From Paragordius varius (taxonomy: Eukaryota; Animalia; Nematomorpha), in assembly GCA_964247055.1 (NCBI GenBank), contig OZ176055.1, positions 9,052,001-9,116,000 of the forward strand: a stretch of 64,000 nucleotides of DNA. The letters run 5' to 3'. Positions 32,209-44,914 of this stretch are shown in pieces; position 1 is the stretch's first letter; each line of letters opens with the position of its first letter. Under the pieces are notes generated by a model. It worked only from the letters and a program-made list of their open reading frames with translations. It searched no databases and was not told the DNA's origin. The position numbers and the translations under genes were made by a program.

Positions 32209-34224
32209 TTATTTGTAAGTAGAGGCTAAAATATTGCAGCTATTTAGATAATATTCAGTTAAAATACCATTGTCCGGTATTTTATCCAATATAAATGTGT
32301 GTGGAGACATGATTGTTCCCAATCCACAACTAAGGGCATTTGAAACCTGAGTGTCTGTATGATGCAAGATAAGATTGACAGCCTTATCATCATTATTATC
32401 ATTATTTTTTTTGGAAAAATGTATGTCAAGTAACGCCTTTTGCAGTCGATTCCGTTCAAAGTATGGGATTATTACTTGGGTACTCTGTTTCCCACAAGTC
32501 AGGGATCTTACTACAAAGTTAATTGGGTACATATCTATGATATTTGATGCGTCAAAATTAACGGATAAATGTTTAATTGATTCCGGTAGGTACATATATA
32601 AACTGGTATTTAATGTTGCTAACAAATGCTCATAAGATTTTAATGGTTTATCTTCCACCATGCAATAATTATTATCATCTATTGTTTTGCCTTTACCATG
32701 TTTTAGCATTTTATCAATGGCTCGAATGCAATCACATATAAGAGGCGCATATCTATGAGGATACATATACGTCCAAAAATTATTTCTCTCATTAGCTTTT
32801 GTTGTGTTTGGCGGAGATTCACTAAAGTAATAGCTAGCCAGCCATTTTAAACTAGTTATGTAATTGTAAGATATGCTTTTTATGTATTTATAATCCCTAT
32901 CTTCAAACAAGTAAAAATTTATCCATTTCTGTATATTTTCAATTTTTCTCATTTTTTCCCGATCTTGAAAATCTGAATCACTGTCGAAAGAAGATGTATC
33001 ACATTGCCGACTTTCTCGCTCATAAAAATTTCGAAGGTAAGTTTCCTCTGATTGCGAAATGATTGAAAATAACATTTTGAGAACACTTAGGTTTATTGTG
33101 TTATTTGGAGTTATAAGGTAATTGATTGGATCTGATTTGCCATATAACTCAATCAACCAATCTATAAATAATTGTAATCGGTTACAAGGTGTGTATTGGT
33201 CAAAAAACATCAAAAGATCTGGCGTATAATCGGTCCCATTCAAAAGGGTAAGAAAAACGAAATCTTTCATTATATGACAACTTGCGTCCAATGAATCGTT
33301 TTTGGTACGCGAGATTTGAGATAATAGGATTGTTCTGAGATCACATATATTAATTAGTTTCCCAGGCATAATTAGGCTTAAATTTGGTTGCATGGAATAA
33401 TTGTCTTCCACATCTGTTACATACCCAGATTTATCTGAATCTGAGCCAGATCCTGAGGAATGAGAGTTATTACGAAACTGTGTACATAAATAATATGTAT
33501 GACCATATTTTTTACACCGCTCACACGATGCATTTGTCCCCACGCTGTTATTGCGACAATTATTGTTTTGGGGTGCATAAATGAATATGCTAGTATATTG
33601 AGTTAGAGTCAGTGTTAACAAAACCATATCTCCATCACCCGTTATAATTACGTTTCTTTGGGCAGATCTACTGCCACACTGTACCCTTAAAAGGTTCATA
33701 ATTTTTAATTCACCTTCCCCGGCAACATTAGGCCCGGACAAATATATAACCAAATGTTTCCAAACGTAATCCGTATTAAGTTTGTAGGAGATAAAAGCTG
33801 TGAATTGTTTATACATTTCGTCCATTAACTCAGAACCCGGGGAAAGGACAGAAATGGGTTTAGCGGGTTTTGACCCATAAACATTTATATCGGCCGGGAG
33901 TTTTCCGCCATCTCGTAAACTTTTCATACGACTAAAACGATTATTCCGTTGTAGCGTACACTTTGCATCAGGGGGTACACCATCAAAAGCGGCTAACAGT
34001 GATATTTTTGGTTTTAGATTCATGACATAACAATGAACTAATTCAAATATTTTTCTGTACCATTCGTCAAAGGCTATCGTACCATACCGCATAACTTTAC
34101 AAGCATGGATAATGTTATTCATGTCAAGATACAAATGATCACACCCTCCAAAACTATTTAAGTTATAACTGATGGCTGAACCATAGTGGCGCTCCAAGGT
34201 TTGATGTAAACCTTTTACACCCAT
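32209..34224 (-). CDS. Intronless, divergent XRN2/Rat1-like 5'-3' exoribonuclease with CCHC zinc knuckle (671 aa)
   Basis: Start placed at MGVKGLHQTLERHY (34224; equivalent to MGVPAFFRWLSRKY) inside the 701-aa ORF. XRN motifs HLYLDMNNIIH, AFDGVPPDAK, VAGEGELKI, TGDGD, LNGTDY, YAPLICD, IIDMYP; knuckle CERCKKYGHTYYLC at the position of the XRN2 knuckle. Confidence 0.88.
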   Translation of the reverse strand: MGVKGLHQTLERHYGSAISYNLNSFGGCDHLYLDMNNIIHACKVMRYGTIAFDEWYRKIFELVHCYVMNLKPKISLLAAFDGVPPDAKCTLQRNNRFSRMKSLRDGGKLPADINVYGSKPAKPISVLSPGSELMDEMYKQFTAFISYKLNTDYVWKHLVIYLSGPNVAGEGELKIMNLLRVQCGSRSAQRNVIITGDGDMVLLTLTLTQYTSIFIYAPQNNNCRNNSVGTNASCERCKKYGHTYYLCTQFRNNSHSSGSGSDSDKSGYVTDVEDNYSMQPNLSLIMPGKLINICDLRTILLSQISRTKNDSLDASCHIMKDFVFLTLLNGTDYTPDLLMFFDQYTPCNRLQLFIDWLIELYGKSDPINYLITPNNTINLSVLKMLFSIISQSEETYLRNFYERESRQCDTSSFDSDSDFQDREKMRKIENIQKWINFYLFEDRDYKYIKSISYNYITSLKWLASYYFSESPPNTTKANERNNFWTYMYPHRYAPLICDCIRAIDKMLKHGKGKTIDDNNYCMVEDKPLKSYEHLLATLNTSLYMYLPESIKHLSVNFDASNIIDMYPINFVVRSLTCGKQSTQVIIPYFERNRLQKALLDIHFSKKNNDNNDDKAVNLILHHTDTQVSNALSCGLGTIMSPHTFILDKIPDNGILTEYYLNSCNILASTYK

Positions 34225-35379
34225 AGCAAACCAAAAAGTTTTTAATTTTGTTTTGGAATCAAAAGAAAATTGTAAATGATAGATAATTATATAGATGTAA
34301 TATAATAAAAACACAAATTTGGAAAGCTGAGAAAATCATTAAATAAAATCATTGTTGAAGTAATTTGAATGTATAAAATATGAACTATGTTAAACAGAAA
34401 CGATATTATTAATTAAATAAAATGTAATTTTTGAAAAAAATATGATAAAAAGCTGAAATTACTAAATAATGATAATAGTAAATATTAATAAAATACTTTA
34501 ATTAGTTTATTTTTTGTAAATTAGAATGATAATCCTATTTTATCATAAAATAATCATTATTTAACTCATAATAAATCACACAAATATTAAAAGAATATTA
34601 TAATCTTCAAGATAATGTAAAAAATTATATAAAAAAATAATTTTATGTATTTAGATTAAATCAAACTTTTTAATCAATGCCACGTGAAGGCTACTGTCAA
34701 GGGGATTAGGGAGTCCCGGCTAAAACTATCAAGTTAGATTGACCTGGTTCCAACTCTGATACTGATAGAAACTGCATTATCAATGGATTTTTAGCATTAT
34801 ATTATACTAACTATGGCAAGCAAGATAATATCAGTAAAATGTTAAAGCACTTGAGAGTTTAAAATTTTTGACCCACTATCAATTAATTTTAAATTCAAAG
34901 CTAAAAACTACTTGAGATGGAAAATACTTTGGATAAATAATCTGGCTTCCATATACCCTATAACTCATCATTAATAAATAAGAATGGTTAAAATTAGGGA
35001 CGCATTCCAGTCAAAATAATTGGTTTTTGTTACTTCATAAATGCAGTAAATCATAATCTGTAAATCTAAATGCAAATATAGGTGTAATCATAAGCTATTA
35101 TCGGTTTAACCACGAGAAGATATCAGCCTACATAGGACTGATTTGATACAGACCTCATTTGGTTTACCTAACATTAAACGACAAACACACTCAAGTTGAG
35201 CGCTCCAAAAACTAGCATCCTATATCAATTATTAATATGTCAAATTTTTGCCTAGATAGAGCATTTGGGGCTCGCATTGCTATTACAAGGATAAGGCTGT
35301 TGAAAGTTATCATTTACTGTTAACAAATATATGGTGAAGATGCTCTATCTATTATAAATTGTGATTTCATTTAAAGAGT

Positions 35380-36180
35380 GTGATGTGCGCTCTAATAGAC
35401 CACACAACCGCGAAGACGCTAAGTGCAATATTGAATCATAATTACTCTGCTCTCAAACATACCAACAATTGGCAGAAGCATTACATGCATCACAAACAAC
35501 AATTAATAGATTGCAAGGAATGGGACCCCTCAAATAGGTCCGACACAAATTGAATTAACTTCAAATCAAAAATCGCGAATTGACTTGTTAGGTCCTGCTT
35601 CCTTTCACGAATAGCAATCATTTTTGCATCGAATCGGGCGGGTGATGAGAAATGGCTTTGTTATATACGGAAAAATAGTAACATTTATCTTGTCAACCCC
35701 GTTCATCAACACCAAGGGTAAATGGTCTACAATAAAAATATAATCTGTATGATAAACGTTTGAAGCCTGTTAAAACCGTTAATACACGACGGTATCGCCA
35801 ACAATCGAAAAAGAACTGAATGAGCTAGAGATCATGCAAAGTTATTTTGCTACATGACTATGCTCAGTCTCAAACAGCAAAACCAGTGTTAAGCACCATA
35901 AAATCACTTTGATCGAAAATTAATTTGACTAAAACAACTTCGCATTAATGGAGTACACCTTCGTAGAGCAGCGATTCTATAACTTCGAAGGCGTTGGAAA
36001 ATGGCTTGACGAATATTTCGCTTAAGTCAATCAGTTTTTTCTGTGCATTCATTTATTACGTGAGAGATGGCAAATTATGTAGAAGCTGATGGCCAATATT
36101 TTGAATAAAATAAATAATTGATTCTTTTCAAAATAATATGTTTTTTACCAAAAAACAGTAAAATTTATGATTACGCCTGG
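35380..36180 (+). mobile_element. Mariner transposase pseudogene (5'-truncated)
   Basis: Broken-frame matches QTYQQLAEALHASQTTI, FLHRI..GDEKWLCY, LHDYAQSQTAKPV, KWLDEYFA and LRERWQ..EADGQYFE; right end ...ttacgcctgg-TA resembles a Mos1-type CCAGG TIR. Confidence 0.85.
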
Positions 36181-37084
36181 TATTCAATAAAATCAATTAC
36201 ACCATTTAACTATCTTTTTATCTTGTTAACATCCTTTTGTGGCATTTAAAAAAGTAAATGGTGGTTAAGATCGCCAATATTTAATTTATAGACAATTTTA
36301 TAATTTGTTTCATAATCATGTGTTATTAAGCGGTGTCACAGTTACGATTTTTTTCGTTTAGACCCAAACTTATTTACGACAAAATGGGTGAATGAGTTAA
36401 CTTGGGGTCGGGATATATAAAATCTTTTTCTTTTGTTAAATACAATCTTCCATGTCTTTATATTGGTAAGCTTTGATAAATTAATGTACTGGCGTCATCT
36501 ACAAGCATTATTTGTTGTATTAGTATATTATTTATTGAGTCAATATGATTAAAACTATATCATACGATTTTGTTATTATGTTAACCTATTTATTTAATAT
36601 CAAAATTAGAAAAAAAGTAATTCTTTTAAAAATCAAGCGAATATCAATAATTACATTGGTGCAAGGCGCACATTAAACAATTTCATTTCATTTGTGTTCG
36701 TATAACTAGCGTTTCTAACTAAGCTGCCCTAGTATATCCAATCTGCAACAATCAAGAGGCTGAACTACATTCAAACCCTTGTTGATTGATCTCTTGCATT
36801 TGTTCATAATATATGTGACATAAAATGAGTCTTTACAAATTTACACTCAGGTGTTACTTTATAAATTTACCAAATTTGGATAAATTATTATTATCGAATT
36901 TTAAAATATTTTGAAATAGATTTATTTCAATCCTAAAATCAAATATGCTTATTAAAACTGGATATGCCAATTATCCAACGTTAGAGTTTTGGAAATTTAA
37001 GATAATTAATATACAGTAAAAGTTGTGTTTTTAATTGCAAGTTAGCAAATAGAAATTTAAATTATTAACATAATCAATGTAATC

Positions 37085-38222
37085 TAATATATTTATAAAA
37101 ATGGAAAATGCTGGGTTCGTGTTCTGTGTCCGGACCTGTAGACATTCAAATGCAAATGTCGAAAAAAAATAATCATTCATGAATGCCCCGACAATAGCTT
37201 CGCCCTTTTTTGAATTAGGCCGTTCAGGCATACCCCTTGTAAAAAACTGGTTAAGTTCACAAAAATCGTGTTGAGCCAATTTTCCGGAAAACGTGTTGGA
37301 CCATTCGATTTGAAATATAATTTTTCACTTTTTATCGATCGCCAAACATAGCGGCTCGCTTTTTTAATTTAGGCCCTCTTTTTACCCGCTCCCCCCGTAA
37401 AATGCCATTTTTTCGAATAAACCAAGTCCACAAAAATAATTTTTTGAATCTATTTTTCGCCCAAGGTATGAGACCGTAAAAACATAAGGCAGATATTTCC
37501 TGTTAAAGGGCAAAAAATTTTTTTATATTGGCTGCTGAAGGAGATACCCGCTAAAAACTGCCCCGTCATATCGAAATAACGTGACTTTGGGGCTAAATTT
37601 CAGAAAACCTATCACGCCATATAAGTTTAATAAGGACATATTACCCGTAAAAAGGTAAAAATTAAGTCGAGCAGTTTTTTAAATAAGCCGTTAATTAGGT
37701 CTCACGCCATGAAAAATGCGCCACCATAATTTTTTAGTTTTGAGGCAATTTTTCCAAAAACTTATGAGAGCATATGGAATCCATCATGATTTTAGGTTTT
37801 CTCCGTAGAAAGGCAATGGGTAAGAAGCCACCCGCCTAAACTGCGCCACCATATCGAAATTGCTTTGTTTAGGATTTAATTTTCAAAAAACCTATCAAGC
37901 CATATATTTAATAAGGGCCTGAATTATTACCCAAAAGGTAAAAATTTAAGCGAGGAGTTTTTTAAATTAGCCGTTAATTAGGTCCTTTACGCCCTATAAA
38001 ATGCGCTATCATTGAAGTATTATTTAGTAACCCATTCTTCCAAAAACTAAATATGGAATGAATGATGATTCCAGATATTCCTTATAAAGGCAAAAATTTT
38101 TATCCAACATCTTTTTTATATTGGCTCTGGGTAGGGGGGCGCCAACAACTGCGCCACCATATCGATACAGAGTGACTTTGGAGGCAAATTTTAGAAAACT
38201 TATCATTCCATATGAGTTTAAT
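37085..38222. repeat. Head + ~318-bp tandem array element, copy 1
   Basis: ~400-bp head starting ataaaaatggaaaatgctgg, then units anchored by ggtagg..ctacccgc.taaaactgcgccaccatatcga at ~37534, ~37818 and ~38130. Confidence 0.8.
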
Positions 38223-39227
38223 TTACGATAAAAATATGGATGCCTCTTGGAAAAAAGTATTTGTCATTATATTTTTACATTTACCGTATAATTTCTATTT
38301 TTACTAAAAATGATCTCAATAATTTTGTTTATTTGTCTCCCTAATTTGAAAATTAATTATTATGTGCTATTTAAATGGAATAATAAGAGAAAATTCAATG
38401 TTTATTAAGGAGGCTGGCAAAATTGTTTCTATCAAGCAGTTTCCCCGTGATTAATTCCAAGAGCAGGAATATCCCATTTAATTATATGATTTTTATAATT
38501 ATGTTTGATTACCCAAATAATTTTAGTATTTACGATAAAAATTTACTTTAATACAGATATTTATGTGAGAGGCTATTTTATAGTCTTAAATACAGTATGC
38601 ATATTAATGGTTGGTTATATCACAATATACTTAAGCAGCTTGCAACACAGTATTGGATGGAAAAAAGAAAAAAAAATTGTTTATTCACCATTTTTTATTT
38701 TTTCCATACACTACTGTGTTGCAAATCGCCCAATATACTGTGAAATAAGCAATCATTAAAATGCATACTCTGTAATACTGCTCTTTATATATTTTAAGAC
38801 TCGTTTTCGAGTGTTTTAGACAGTTGCGGTCACCATATTTTGGTAACTTAGAAAGCGAAATGCGTTTTCTCAGCAAATTTAGCACATTATTCTTGCATTG
38901 TGCCAGTTTTCTACTGAATATTTTTTGATGTTAATGTTTTTCCACATTAGTGTGTGTAAGTATACAATAATAGAAAGTTATGAATTATTGCCAAATAGCA
39001 TATATAACAAGGGGAAGTATTATTGGCTTATAGTTATTTTTTTCACTTTTTACTATTATTAGCCAATGAAAATTTTCTTTGCTTATATGCCATTTGGCAA
39101 TAATAAATAACTTTCTAGCAATCGTGGGACGTATCATAGCATAATAGATGTTATATTTACTTACTATATTAGTAAATTAATAATAAAATATCAGAAAAAT
39201 TAAAATTATTGAAGCGGCGTTATCTAT

Positions 39228-41170
39228 ATATTTATGAAAATGGAAAATGCTGGCTTTGTGATCTGTTTCCGGAAAACCAGTAGACCCATTAAAATCCAAA
39301 TATTAATGAATGCCCCGAATATAGCTTCGCCCAGTTCGGGCCCACCCCGTGTAAAAAACAGGTGAAAAATCGTGTCTTAGACAACTGACCTTTTGATTTG
39401 AAATGTGGTTTTCTTTTACTATCTTTTTTTAATGCGCCGAATATAGTCGGCTCGCTTTTTTAATCAGCCCTCTTTTTACCCGCTCCCCCCGTAAAATACC
39501 ATTTTTTTAAAAAAAAACTAAAAATAATTTTTTGATTATTATTTCGCCCAGGGTATGAGGCAGTAAAAATTTAATGAGTATTTCAGACATTCCCTGTTAA
39601 AAGGCAAAATTTTAAGTCGTGGGTTTTTTTATATTGGGTACTGGGTAAAAGATACCCGCTAAAAACTGGCCCATCCTATCAAAATAGCGTGCCTTTGGGG
39701 CTAAATTTCAGAAAGCCCTATCAGGTCATATGAGTTCAACAGCTGCTTATATATCACCCGTAACAAGGCAAAATTTAGGTGGTTTTATAAAAATTAGCCG
39801 TTAATTAGGCCTTTGACACCTTAAATGCACCTCCATAGAATGATTTTTTAGTTTTTAGGCAATTTTTCCAAAACCTAATGAGAGCATATGGAATCAATCA
39901 TGATTCCAGGTATTCTCCGTAAAAAGGCAAAATTTTCAATCAAAGGCTTTTTTAGCAGCCTCTGGGTAGGGAGCTACCCGCCTAAAACTGCGCCACCATA
40001 TCGAAATTGTGTTGTTTAGGAGTTAATTTTCAGAAAACTTATCAGGCCACATCAGTTTTGAAATATTACCAAAAAGGCAAAAATTTAAATCGAGCGGTTC
40101 TTTAAAATTAACCGTTATTTAGGCTCTTTGTGCCCTAAAAAATGCGCTATCATTGAACTATTTAGTTTTTAAGCCATTCTTCCAAAAACTATTAAGAACA
40201 TATGGAATGAATGATAATTCCAGGTACTCCCCTATAAATGCAACAATTTTAATCCAATGTCTTTTTTATATTGGTCTCTGGGTAGGGGACTACCAGCCTA
40301 TAACTGGGCCACCATATCGAGAGAGCGTGACTTTGGAGGCAAATTTTAGGAAACTTTCAGGCCATATGAGTTGAATAAGGGCTTAAAATATTAGCCGTTA
40401 AAAGGTGAAAATTTAAATAGAGCGGTTTTATTAAAATACCCCTTGTTAGTTAGGCCCTTGCCCTAAAAATGCGCCACCATAGAATGACTTTTGGTTTTGA
40501 TGCAATTTTTTGAAAATCTCTCGGAGCATATGGAATCAATCATGATTTCAGGTATTAGCCGAATTAAGGCAATAATTTTAATCGAGCGTTTTTTTTGTTT
40601 CCCCCTGGTTAGGGGGCTACCCGCGTAAAACTGCGTACCATATCGATACAGCAGGCCTCAGCCATGTGAACACCTATGAGACTAGTAGAAACATATAGAA
40701 TCCATGGTAATTCTAGATATTCCCCATATAAGGGCAAAAATTTTGCCCAACGCTTTTTATACCTGCCCATTGGTAAGAAGCTACCCGCCAAAAACTGCGC
40801 CAGTATATAGAAATTGCGTTGTTTGGAGCTAATTCACAGAAAATTAAGCCATATGAGCTCATTAGGCTTAAAATATTACCCGTTACCAGTTAAAATAAGG
40901 GCAGGCGTTTTTTATTAGTCGTTAATTTGGGGCCTTTATGCCCTAAACATACGCCATCCTATAACGATTATTTAGTGTTGAGGTTTTTTTCGAATAACCC
41001 ATGAGACGATGGTATCAAATATGATCCAAGTATTTGCCCTATAAAGGCAAAGAATTTAACTCATTTTCCTTATTGGTCTATGGATAGGAATGTACCGGTT
41101 TAAAACTGAGACGTCCTACAATGGCTTGGGTTTGAATTTTAAAAATTTAGAAGCCATACGAGTTCAGTCA
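39228..41170. repeat. Head + ~318-bp tandem array element, copy 2
   Basis: Same head (atgaaaatggaaaatgctgg); unit anchors at ~39645, 39964, 40280, 40606, 40771 (half unit) and 41081. Confidence 0.85.
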
Positions 41171-42687
41171 AACACATTTCTGGGGAATTGGTATAATATC
41201 ATTCTTTTATTTAAAAAGGGACCACAAATGTCATACTTTTTATATCCCTTGATCCCAGCTGTGTGAACACAATTTCGAAATGTAACTTTTAACTATGATT
41301 TCGTAAAACGAAAATCTTAAAATATCAATTGAGGGGCAGTTAAAATATGGTCAATTTCGAGAAAACAATATTTGAGCCTATGCAAAAACCTGTAAAAGAA
41401 TAACTAAAGACATTCTTTTTAGTAAATATGTTTTTTATTATTTTTTATCTCTATTATCTCTATTTATTGCAAATTATTAATAATAATTATCGGTGAGACT
41501 ACGTCACAGCCAAGCTTGTCAAAGCCAACTAGTATTAAACAAGTGGATTTTTTATTTATTTTATTATTAATAATTTACAGACAAGCATTATGTTTAGTTT
41601 TAATTTTTAAGACACTTAACAAACGTATTTGAGAATTGTCTATTAGTCAAAACTATCTCGCTTAGATATTACAAATATAATTTTTAATTATATTTTCAGA
41701 ATTAATATTTCCTTCATTTATTATGAGTTGGTAAGCATTTGTCCATTTGATTAGATTGTCCGTATGTACATTTACATTGATATATAACTATCAGTATTAA
41801 ATATAGTATATATGTTCGGCCCGCCCATTTTTTTTTAATTTTAAAAGGACATCAAAGGTTGATTATCGCCGAGTTTAATTATTAAAATCAAGGGTGTGAA
41901 TGATGACAGCTATAAATAATACATTGATTTTAAATCAAATAGTGTATATTAATTTTGCCACAAATGAAACTAAAACTGATGATAATAAAAAATGATGATA
42001 CGCCATAACCCTATGAAATATTTTTTTTTAATTTATGTGAACGCCCATTTTTTCACTAATTTTGAATGTTAAAAATATATATAAACTTATTAACAGATTT
42101 ATTTATAATTTCCTTTCAATATCGTTAAACTTTTTATGGGATTTTATATTGGGTGTTAAAAGTCGGGAAAAGATCTTTCCCAGTTAAAAACTGATAACTC
42201 ATCCGTGTGTTCAATCCTTTACATTAATTTAAAACATTGGTCTAATAAAGTAACCTTGTTTGTTTGTTTGATTTAAAAGATAATCACTCTATTTTATATG
42301 TAAAATAGAATTATACACCCATTTTTCAACTGTCGCTTGTTTTCATGCGTGACGCATTTTTTAATTTTGCATTGCTATTTATCCAACTAAAAATTAAACT
42401 GATAATACAAAGAAAAGAGATGAAAAGATTAAAACTCGTTATAATGAATTCAACCCATTGGAGCTTAGTTTAACTATTACATTATATATTTGATGAGCAA
42501 TGGTGTTTAAATAGGGTTGAATGAATGGATGATGGATTTATTATTGGAATTGGGTCAACTTATAGGTGGTCTTCATATTTAATAATTCCCACTTTGTTGC
42601 AAATTTTATAATTGTATTTTTTCCCGTAATCATTTTTTTTGCAAATTTTTGTAATTTTTTAAAATCCCAATCCTATTGTCGCGAAAA

Positions 42688-44214
42688 ATGGGGTTCCAAG
42701 TGCCATGGCGCTTGTTTTTCCTTCTTTCTGTTCTTTACTTATGTTTTGTAAGTATTTGTTCTAACTATTCTTTTTATATCTCTTTTTGTAAAATAATACT
42801 TTGAAAGATAATTTTTTTAAATATACCATTATTGTATTTTTGATCAATTATTTAGTATTTCAGTTATGCCTGGGAACATCATCATCCCAAACATCACTAT
42901 AAAAGGTATGATTTTCATTACCTAATATTGTATTTTAGACACTTTTTATTGGACCTTTTTCAAAATTTATTTTAACTTTTTTACAAAAATAACGATTGCT
43001 TAAAGTATTAATTTAATTAAACGTTATATATAAATAGCGGTGGAGCCAAATCATACGGTCACCACGGTAAACATTTTGGGAAAAAGCATCATTCAGCTTT
43101 TGATAAGGGTCATCACGGACATCACCATGGTCATTACAAGAAGGGACACAAAGATCACGGTTGGAAAAAGTGGCATTTCAAAAAGGTTTTTTGTTTTATT
43201 GTGCTTGCTTTTCATTCCAGTAACTTTTCTGTCTTATCTGTGCATAAGAATTGAATGAATCTCCTTATATATTTATTCTTTTAGGGGTATAAACATGGAT
43301 ATCATGCCTATGGAACACAATTTGGACATGGGAACAAGGATTATGGACACGCAGCTAAAAAATACGGTGGACATCACAAAGATTTTGGCAAAAAGCACTG
43401 GGGTATACTTGTTTACGTTCATTAAATTTATTGTCTATTTTATCGTTTTTGAAATATTTTTTTAATGAAATATTTCATTGTGCTTACAGGACACAAACAT
43501 GGTGGACATCATGGACACCATAGTGGACATCACAAGAAAGGCCACAAACATTGGTGGAAACACGGTGAACACAAAAGATCCATCCCTGATTCTTATTATG
43601 ACATTCCTGCCCAATCCAGAAGTATTCAACAGGTGTTAGTCAAACTTAACCGGTCACTCATAGAGGGCCGAGATCCTAAGCCTAAAATGCTTTTCCTTAA
43701 ACGTGAATACCCTGAACCCTACCTCGATAACGAAGGGAGATTACTTATGAAAGAGATATCCATTTACCAGGTACAGCTAAACGATAATATTGCCGCCGAT
43801 AATAGCAAGGACAAGAAAGAGGAAAAAGCGGATAGCCATGCCAAATCTGGTGCAGTTTCTTCACTTGATCAATCTCTAGCAGCTCGAGGTCTGCTTCCAA
43901 AGATCCGAAATTATGGACTCCCTTCCCGTGCTATCCCCAAAATTGCACCATTCCTTGCTTCCGAAGGCACGAAAGACATGATGATGATGTCACTTCCCAA
44001 ATCCATTCAAGATGATATCAAGAAAAATCAACCACCAATGTTTCACAACTATAAGACGGCGGCCCAAAATGAAGGCGAAGACGCAGGTGAAGACGATTTC
44101 GAAGCTGAGGAAGACGGGGATGACGGTTCCTACGTGGCTGATGAAGAGGAAAGCGGAGATGAATACACGGGCGTAGAGGGAGATGCTGACGCTGGCAATC
44201 TCGAGGAAAAATAA
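42688..44214 (+). CDS. Secreted His/Gly/Lys-rich precursor A (366 aa) with KR|S site and acidic C-terminal tail
   Basis: Exons 42688-42747, 42856-42905, 43038-43185, 43285-43402, 43490-44214 (GT-AG, in phase). Signal-peptide-like MGFQVPWRLFFLLSVLYLCFYFSYA, then a His/Gly/Lys/aromatic domain ending WWKHGEHKR|SIPD, then a non-repetitive domain and a D/E-rich tail. Confidence 0.88.
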
Positions 44215-44914
44215 TCATCTTGGTTACTTTACTCTGTTTTTTTTTTCGTCCATAATAACTGAATATTAATTAATGGATATAAAGTAAATGTTAATACCAA
44301 CAATTGCATTTACAACAGTTAGATAATACACATTATTATACAGTATGTATCAGTAAGTAGTATACATTGCTAGCTTTTTTTATTAAATATTGCCAGATAG
44401 CATGTATGTAGAAAAGAGCATTATTATTATTATTGGATAAAAATAGTAAAAAGTAATAAAATTAACTTTAAACTAAAAATATATGCCAACTGGTAATAAT
44501 TGATGAAAAAGTAGAAACATATATTTACTTATATCTGTATTTGCACCAAAATATAAACTATTTTGTATTAATTTCGAAAAACGAATTATTTCAGGTACCT
44601 ACACCTCTGCTAATCTCATTTTTTATATTTTTTATGAATGTATCTAAAAACCATTGTATGAATATATCTTCCACCAAAAATAAATAGCGAATTTCATCTC
44701 AAAACAACTTTTATATAGTATTAGTTAAAAGGCCGGTTAAATGTTAATAAATATCATTTTCACATATATAAAATTTATTATATATATATATATATATATA
44801 TACTACAGCTAGATATATTTATATAACAAAATAAATGCAATTAGCACTAGATATAACTAATCCGTTTAAGTATGAGAACATATGTTAAAATTATCAATCA
44901 ATGAACTGGGCACA

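Noticed and set aside
32259-33584. Short ORFs overlapping the XRN-like gene (32259-32459, 32375-32635, 33384-33584); likewise those overlapping the His-rich genes
   Set aside because: Shadow ORFs in alternative frames or antisense to a well-supported CDS; no independent evidence.
37031-37279. 82-aa minus-strand ORF in the head of the satellite-bearing element
   Set aside because: No recognisable motif, and the frame is not preserved in the second copy at ~39228-39400.
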